Shown here: positions 58,144 through 64,000 of the stretch, in pieces | Numbering within the stretch: the first letter of the stretch is position 1 | Layout of the letters: each line of letters begins with the position of its first letter | Assembly (NCBI GenBank): GCA_039795775.1 | Contig: JBDKLC010000005.1 | Coordinates: 443,958-507,957 of the forward strand | DNA length: 64,000 nucleotides | Reading direction: 5' to 3' | Source: Candidatus Parcubacteria bacterium | GTDB lineage: Bacteria; Patescibacteriota; Minisyncoccia; Phycocordibacterales; CAIZLB01 | The notes under the pieces: model-generated | What the model was told of the DNA's origin: nothing | What the model saw: the letters and a program-made list of their open reading frames with translations, nothing else | Database searches by the model: none | Translations under genes and position numbers: made by a program

Positions 58144-58509
58144 ATGAAAAAAATTGCAATTATCGTTGGGGTTCTTGTAGTACTTGGTCTAGGATATATG
58201 TATTATTCTTCAACATCATATGACTACAGATACAGTGGAAGTGGTCTCGCATCATCTACAGCAGCAACATCTACACTCTATACCCTTACTGACGTAGCAG
58301 CTCATGCTTCAGCTACAAACTGCTGGACAGTAGTAGACGGCAAAGTATATGACGTTACAAGTTTTATTCCTCAGCACCCAGGCGGAGCTGCTAAAGCAGC
58401 AAAGATGTGTGGTAAAGATGGTTCTTCTCTCTTTATGAAGCAACACGGTGGTCAAGAAGATCCAATGGAAGCTCTCTCTCACTTTGTGATCGGTCAGCTC
58501 AAAAAATAG
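58144..58509 (+). CDS. Membrane-anchored cytochrome b5-like heme-binding domain protein
   Basis: 'HASATNCWTVVDGKVYDVTSFIPQHPGG' HPGG motif. N-terminal TM plus a Ser/Thr linker. Confidence 0.7.
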   Translation: MKKIAIIVGVLVVLGLGYMYYSSTSYDYRYSGSGLASSTAATSTLYTLTDVAAHASATNCWTVVDGKVYDVTSFIPQHPGGAAKAAKMCGKDGSSLFMKQHGGQEDPMEALSHFVIGQLKK

Positions 58510-58511
58510 TT

Positions 58512-60248
58512 CTAACTTTCTCGCTTGTTATGGAGCAACATGTCTACAGCATGATCAAACGATCCTGCTGGTGTGATTGTGGCACCATTTACGAAGAATA
58601 TTTCGTCAGCATTTTGAATAGTATTGAGTCGGTGAGCAATAATTACTTTTGTAGTAGTTGTTGGTAGCTTATTCAACACGTCTTGAAGCACAGCTTCTGT
58701 CACTGTGTCGATGTTGGCTGTGGCTTCGTCGAGAATGAGAAGATCAGGTTTTCGGAGTACTGCTCGGATGAAGGCAATGATCTGCTTCTGTCCAAGACTC
58801 ATACCTTCTCCACTTCCCTTAATTTCCATATCAAGACCTCCTTCAAATCGTGTCAGTAAGTCAGCGAATTCAGTAATTTCAGTTGTATGTTCGTTTCCAT
58901 ACAAAAGGTTATCTTTCAGAGTACCTGGAAACAAGAATGGTTCTTGAAGAATAAAACCAATCTTCTGAGTTCTCTCTTCTGGACTATATGATCGTATATC
59001 TTTTCCTTCGAGATAAATTTTACCTTCTGTTGGGTCAAATAATCGCGCCATGAGAGATGCTGTTGTTGTCTTTCCTCCTCCAGTTGGACCTACAAGTGCG
59101 TAGGTTTTACCCTTTTCAAGACTGAAATTAATATCTTTGAGTACAAGCTTACCAGGTGCATCACCAACTGCTGGATATGAGAATGCAATGTTTTCGAATG
59201 CGAGAATCGCAGAGCCACTCTTTGTAGACGTATCTTCAACCCGAAGAAGATCAGACTGAAGCTGAAGAATATCACTCACTCGATCCCACGCAGCGAGCGA
59301 AATCTGGAATGAACTCCAGAGCGATGCCATCTGTCGAAGTGGGTTATAAAATTGTTCTGAATAAGACAAGAAACTAATAAGCACACCGAGGGTAAGATTG
59401 CCTGTCGCTATCATATAAATACCAAGACATAGTACGATAAGCTGCGCTGCGTTTGCTGCAAAGTCATATACAGGTGATGTAATTGAGTTTGCATAACTTG
59501 CTCGAATATTTGCATCAAAAGCATTTTGACTTGCTTCAGTAAACTTTTCTCGGAAATAATCTCGTCTATTGAACGCGACAATCACTTTGAAGTTACTCAA
59601 ACTTTCAGAAATCTCAGCACTCATATTTCCAACCGAGTTGAGACTCTTTTTATTTCGCTCTTTCTGCCAACCACTAATGATGCTTGTGAAAATAAGCAGT
59701 CCGAGAGCAGGTACGAGAGCTGCAGCACCGAGTTTAATATTTATAACAAGCACGGCTACGGCGATACCCGTGAGACTAAACACACTCCCGATAAATCGAG
59801 AAAGTGTTTCCGAGAAGAAGTTCGCGAGCTTTGCTGTGTCGTTGTTGATTCGTGAGATAAGATCTCCTGTCTTGTTCTGATTGAAGAATGACAGTGGAAG
59901 CTCCTGGAGTTTTGCAAAAATCTGTCCTCGAAGATTAAATAAAATCTGTTGTCCTACAGAACCCATGATTCGAATCTGCGTGTAAAACATGAAGTACGCA
60001 GTTGCATAAATAGCTATAAGAATGCCGGCAAACACTAAAGTCCCCTGAAAATCTTTTGTAGCAACGTAATGGTCAACGGTGTATCCAATGAGAAATGGTG
60101 CTGCAAGTGCACAAATAGCGTTGATTATGATTGCTGTCAGAGCAATAGAAAGCTTTCTCTTTTGATCTTTGAGAAGTACCAACAACTTTCGAAGTCCTGT
60201 TAAGAGACTTGTTTTCTTATGGAGAATTGAGTCGAGATTATAGTTCAT
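58512..60248 (-). CDS. ABC exporter, fused permease/ATPase (MsbA-like heterodimer subunit)
   Basis: 6 TM helices plus an NBD: 'GPTGGGKTT', 'LSLGQKQ' and 'ILDEATANID'. I set the start at M29 (60248), which gives an 11-nt overlap (ATGAACTATAA) with the upstream partner. Confidence 0.85.
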   Translation of the reverse strand: MNYNLDSILHKKTSLLTGLRKLLVLLKDQKRKLSIALTAIIINAICALAAPFLIGYTVDHYVATKDFQGTLVFAGILIAIYATAYFMFYTQIRIMGSVGQQILFNLRGQIFAKLQELPLSFFNQNKTGDLISRINNDTAKLANFFSETLSRFIGSVFSLTGIAVAVLVINIKLGAAALVPALGLLIFTSIISGWQKERNKKSLNSVGNMSAEISESLSNFKVIVAFNRRDYFREKFTEASQNAFDANIRASYANSITSPVYDFAANAAQLIVLCLGIYMIATGNLTLGVLISFLSYSEQFYNPLRQMASLWSSFQISLAAWDRVSDILQLQSDLLRVEDTSTKSGSAILAFENIAFSYPAVGDAPGKLVLKDINFSLEKGKTYALVGPTGGGKTTTASLMARLFDPTEGKIYLEGKDIRSYSPEERTQKIGFILQEPFLFPGTLKDNLLYGNEHTTEITEFADLLTRFEGGLDMEIKGSGEGMSLGQKQIIAFIRAVLRKPDLLILDEATANIDTVTEAVLQDVLNKLPTTTTKVIIAHRLNTIQNADEIFFVNGATITPAGSFDHAVDMLLHNKRES

Positions 60249-61953
60249 ATGTTGTAGTACTTTTTTGTGATTCATAAATCTGAACATACTCAGGCGACGT
60301 TTTGAGAAGCTCTGTATGTGTGCCCTGTGCAATTACTTCACCTTCCATAAGAAGAATGATTTGATCGTATTTTTCTACTGAAGAAATCTTCTGACTCACT
60401 GAAATGAGTGTTACATCAGGATAGTTCTGTGCAATATTTTCAATAATCTTTGCTTCAGTCTGGCCATCTACTCGTGCTGTAAAGTCATCGAGAAGAAGAA
60501 CTTTAGGATTCTGAGCTAGAGCTCGTGCAAGCATTACTCGCTGTTTTTGTCCTCCAGAAAGTGTTGTACCTCGTTCTGAAACGAGTGTCTCGAGACCTTC
60601 TGGTAGTGTACTCACAAAGTCATGAAGCTCTGATGTATCAATCGCTTTTTGTAGTGACTCATCTGTAGCTTTTTTACTAAATGAAATGTTTTCTCTCAGG
60701 TTGAGGTTAAACATAACTGAATCTTGAAATACGAAACCAAGCTCACCATAGAATGCATCTTTGTCGTATTTTGTAATATTTATACCGTCGTAGAGCACTT
60801 CCCCTTTGTCAGGCTGAGTGAGACCAATGAGCAAATACATAAGCTGTGTCTTTCCAGCAGCTGTTGGACCAATGATAGCCACTCGCTTTCCTTTTTTGAT
60901 AGAGAGAGAAACATCCTTAAGAATAAGCTTGTCATCGATAGTAAGAGAAACGTTCTTTGCTTCTACATTTCCCTCGATTGGTGTTTTTATGCCATCTATC
61001 TGAGGCTCATCTTTTGCTTCGATAACACCTATAACACGAGCGTACGAAGCAGATGCCTGACCAATGATAGACGACATAAATCCAATAATAAATACGGGGA
61101 ACAACAATACAGAAATATACGCATTGAATGCAGCAAATTCACCGAGTGTCATGCTGCCACCAATTACAAAGTATCCACCAAGGGCGAGGATAGCTACTGT
61201 TGCTGCATTGGCTACCAAAAAAATATTTGGAATAAGGCGAGAGAACAACTTTGTGATATTGAGACCAATATCTCTTGCTTGTGCGTTTATACCAACAAAC
61301 TTTCCTTCTTCTACTTTTCGAGAGTTGAGTACTCGAATAAGTGCTGCTCCAAAAATACTTCCACTGATAGTAGTGTTGAGATTATCGATAACACCCTGAC
61401 TTCGTCCAAACAGTGGACCAATCTTTGAAAATGAAAAGAAGAAAATGTATCCGATGATAGGAAGAATACAAAGTACAGCAAGACCAAGCTTCCAGTTGAT
61501 ACCAAGGAGAAGAATACTTGCCCCAACGATAGCAAAAAGAGAAACGGCTATCTGTACGCTAGCCTGTGCGATGAACTGCTTGATCGCATCAATGTCTGAC
61601 GTAAGGTTTGTGAGGAGCTTTCCTGGAGTTTCTTTTGCTACATATCCATAACTTTGCACTGAAATCTTTCGAGAAATCTTTTGTCTTAAATCTCGAGCAA
61701 CTCGTTCTCCAACGTAGTTTTGCATAAGCGCCTCTACATACATAAAAACCAAGATGAGAATCCCAATCGTAAAGAATTTGATTGAGAGATTCTGAAGATC
61801 GAGAGCGTTATTTGTATATGAGTCAATTCCCTGCTTTATAAGCTGCGGAAGAATAAGATTCATTGAACTTACGATAATAGAAAATACCAAGGATCCTAAC
61901 ACGAGGAATTTATAGTCTTTTATAAGACTGAATACAGAAGGGCCTTTTTGCAT
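60238..61953 (-). CDS. ABC exporter, fused permease/ATPase (heterodimer partner)
   Basis: 'GPTAAGKTQ', 'LSGGQKQR' and 'LLDDFTARVD' (a degenerate Walker B with D for E, which suggests an asymmetric heterodimer). Confidence 0.85.
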   Translation of the reverse strand: MQKGPSVFSLIKDYKFLVLGSLVFSIIVSSMNLILPQLIKQGIDSYTNNALDLQNLSIKFFTIGILILVFMYVEALMQNYVGERVARDLRQKISRKISVQSYGYVAKETPGKLLTNLTSDIDAIKQFIAQASVQIAVSLFAIVGASILLLGINWKLGLAVLCILPIIGYIFFFSFSKIGPLFGRSQGVIDNLNTTISGSIFGAALIRVLNSRKVEEGKFVGINAQARDIGLNITKLFSRLIPNIFLVANAATVAILALGGYFVIGGSMTLGEFAAFNAYISVLLFPVFIIGFMSSIIGQASASYARVIGVIEAKDEPQIDGIKTPIEGNVEAKNVSLTIDDKLILKDVSLSIKKGKRVAIIGPTAAGKTQLMYLLIGLTQPDKGEVLYDGINITKYDKDAFYGELGFVFQDSVMFNLNLRENISFSKKATDESLQKAIDTSELHDFVSTLPEGLETLVSERGTTLSGGQKQRVMLARALAQNPKVLLLDDFTARVDGQTEAKIIENIAQNYPDVTLISVSQKISSVEKYDQIILLMEGEVIAQGTHTELLKTSPEYVQIYESQKSTTTYEL

Positions 61954-61959
61954 ATCCTA

Positions 61960-63238
61960 CTATACTATAGGAAATGATGGGTGCCGGCTAGATGCAGGGT
62001 CTACTTTCACTTTCACCAAAACAAACAAACCGATGACGATAAACACCGTCACAGCGAGCGTAGCAAATCGATATCTATCAGCTCCGAGTGAAACTCCGTT
62101 TGTAACAACGAGCCCCCACACAATTGGTCCTACAAACGAAGAAGCTCGCTCAACAAGACCAAAGTAAGCAAAGGCTAGGTTGTGACCTTTCTCTGGTGCA
62201 AGATACGACATCACCGATCGAGAAACAGCCCAGTTTGATCCAAACCACAATCCCATAATTGTCGTGAGAATAATAAAAAGAGTAAAGCTTGTAATGAATC
62301 CAATACATGGAAGAATAAAAATCCATCCAAAAATAATCCATACTAATGTTCGCTTGTGTCCGAATTTATCTGCCACTACTCCAGAAATAAGACCACCGAG
62401 GGCTGATGTAAAAATGATACCAAGTAGAATATATGTCTTAATTGTGTCAGATACTCCCCACACCTGTTGCATAAAAATAGGAAAGTTATTTGAAGCTGTA
62501 AGGATTGCATCATTAAATAAAAAGTATGCGATCATAAACAGTCCTACTCCTGGTACAAGAAATAATTTCTTTGTGTCACGCCACACATGTTGTATATCTG
62601 TACGAAAATGAAATGATCCCTGATCCTTCTTCGGTTCTTTAAACCATATAAGCATCGGTAGCGCGAGGAGAATAAAAGCGATGACAGCAGGCAGAAGTGT
62701 TTCTGCTCGAGCCACTCCTCCAAACCAACTCCATATGCCTTTTGAAAATGGAAGCACGAGAAGTAGCCCGGCAAATTGTCCAAGGTAGTTGGCTGCAATA
62801 CCGATACCAGATACTTTTCCTCTTTTTTCTACTGACGCTATGTCATTGATAAGAGGCGTGTAAAAAGTAAACGTCAACAGATACGAGTAAAGGCCAAGTG
62901 TGAAAGATATAAGTGCAAACATATCTTTGCCCGTATGCAAACATATCTTTGCCCGTAATAGCAGCATACGCACAAGCTCCATACAAAAGAGCTGTCGCAA
63001 CAGTACTGTACCGAAGCCCAGAGATCCGTCTAACATATTTGTCGAGAACAAAACCTGTAAAAGGAACTGTGAAAAGCAAAAGGAGTGCAGAGATAGTGAA
63101 CGTTAAGTTGAAGTACACATCAGAAAGTCCCCTATCGACTACAATCCATTGTGCGAAATAGAGAAAAAATACAATCGAGACAAGTGAATTAGCAAAATCG
63201 TAGAGTGTCCAGAGGATAACGTTTTGCTTTGTTTTCAT
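61960..63238 (-). pseudogene. MFS transporter (UMF1/Atg22-like) disrupted by a 22-bp perfect tandem duplication
   Basis: ORFs 62843-63238 and 61960-63051 overlap in different frames. Both contain 'GKDMFA', encoded by the duplicated unit 'tgcaaacatatctttgcccgta' (62932-62953 and 62954-62975). Confidence 0.65.
62932..62975. repeat. Perfect 22-bp tandem direct duplication (2 copies)
   Basis: 'tgcaaacatatctttgcccgta' repeated head-to-tail. 22 nt is not a multiple of 3, so the reading frame shifts. Confidence 0.9.
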
Positions 63239-63253
63239 GTGCGTTGCTATTTA

Positions 63254-63997
63254 CTAACGGCCTACACTAATGTCTCTGTTAAGAGAGGCTCGAGTCAAAG
63301 GACCAAACACACCTACAGCCGCTTGGATGCCTACACTCTGTTGGTACTTTGTTAGAGCTGTTTTTGTTGCTTCGTCAAAGCTGCCGGTAATATTCTCTTT
63401 AGCAAGAAACCCTTTTTTTACAAAATAAGACTGAAGTACAAGTACATCAGAACCAGCAGAGCCGAGAGCTAAATCTCTTGTAAATACAAAGTTAGCAGGA
63501 ATTTCTATTGGTGCACTTATTGTAGGAGCCGTCTGTGTAACTGAGGCAGTTGGAGTAGACCCTGAAACCGCCACGACAGTTGTAGAGCAAGAAGCTCGCT
63601 GCACTGCTTTTCGCGTAAGTTCACCAACAAATCCTGTTGGTTGAATAGAGCTCGCTAACTGAAATCTTTTCACTGCTGCTACTGTCATCTGGCCGAAAAA
63701 TCCTGTCGGTTCTTGATCAAAATATCCTTTAGACTGCAAAAAGTCCTGAAGAAGTGATACTGACTGTCGAGTTGAAGCATCTGTATCTCGATATCGTAGA
63801 CTTTGAGTGAGTTCAACGCATGAAGATGTAGTTCTATCATCGATATCTGCTGGAAATGCTGTTACCTGTGCTGGTGCTGTCGGTGTACTTACTGGTGTTA
63901 TTACAGGTACAGGATTACAGTTGATTGCAAATGTTTTACTATCACCAGTTGCTACAGTTCGAACTGAGACAGGAGAAATTCGTTTTTCAGCATACAC
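63254..63997 (-). CDS. Protein with two peptidoglycan-binding (PG_binding_1) domains. The N-terminus lies beyond the window edge.
   Basis: 'LLQDFLQSKGYF...FGQMTVAAVKRFQ' and 'GSDVLVLQSYFVKKGFL...FDEATKTALTKYQQSVGI'. Confidence 0.6.
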   Translation of the reverse strand: MYAEKRISPVSVRTVATGDSKTFAINCNPVPVITPVSTPTAPAQVTAFPADIDDRTTSSCVELTQSLRYRDTDASTRQSVSLLQDFLQSKGYFDQEPTGFFGQMTVAAVKRFQLASSIQPTGFVGELTRKAVQRASCSTTVVAVSGSTPTASVTQTAPTISAPIEIPANFVFTRDLALGSAGSDVLVLQSYFVKKGFLAKENITGSFDEATKTALTKYQQSVGIQAAVGVFGPLTRASLNRDISVGR

Positions 63998-64000
63998 CTG

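Noticed and set aside
1-64000. Search for tRNA, rRNA, tmRNA and CRISPR arrays
   Set aside because: No cloverleaf-compatible segments (T-loop GTTCGAATC-type) occur in any intergenic gap, no regularly spaced short direct repeats were found, and the intergenic gaps are too short for these genes.

Overview
This 64-kb window is a low-GC (~37-40%) bacterial chromosomal segment, gene-dense and coded on both strands. The gene content suggests a small-genome Patescibacteria (CPR) or Gram-positive-like organism: RNase J, CdaA, YtxG/YtxH, archaeal-type CMP kinase, giant surface proteins, secreted nucleases, and many small secreted or membrane proteins of unknown function. I found no rRNA, tRNA, CRISPR array, transposase or integrase.

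Recognisable genes:
- **RNA metabolism and translation:** RNase J, a DEAD-box helicase, truB, rlmB-like TrmH methyltransferase, an ABC-F ATPase and a PIF1-like helicase.
- **Signalling and stress:** a CdaA diadenylate cyclase fused to a YbbR-like domain, an ECF sigma factor with a candidate anti-sigma factor, an orphan sensor histidine kinase, and a YtxG/YtxH pair.
- **Repair:** a class II CPD photolyase.
- **Transporters:** ABC solute-binding protein, P-type ATPase, NRAMP-like, MFS, and a heterodimeric ABC exporter pair.
- **Surface and secreted proteins:**
  - A 2418-aa metallophosphoesterase with tandem FN3/Ig repeats and a C-terminal peptidoglycan-binding domain.
  - A 1079-aa collagen-like, Gly-rich protein.
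  - A secreted thermonuclease.
  - A CAP-domain protein.
  - An RCC1 beta-propeller.

Structural oddities:
1. A ~2.2-kb island of ~55% GC (29.5-31.7 kb) carries a class-1 dihydroorotate-dehydrogenase-like gene and a dihydroorotase-like amidohydrolase, closed by a strong terminator. It is probably horizontally acquired.
2. The histidine kinase is translationally coupled to a 680-aa protein that carries DxDDT, DDxxD and NDxxHxxxE motifs, which resemble terpene-synthase signatures.
3. A YkuE-type membrane metallophosphoesterase is split by a frameshift in an A8 homopolymer.
4. An MFS transporter gene is broken by a perfect 22-bp tandem duplication.
5. RNase J and the DEAD-box helicase both carry Arg-rich, low-complexity N-terminal extensions.
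6. Two different loci end in nearly the same terminator sequence.
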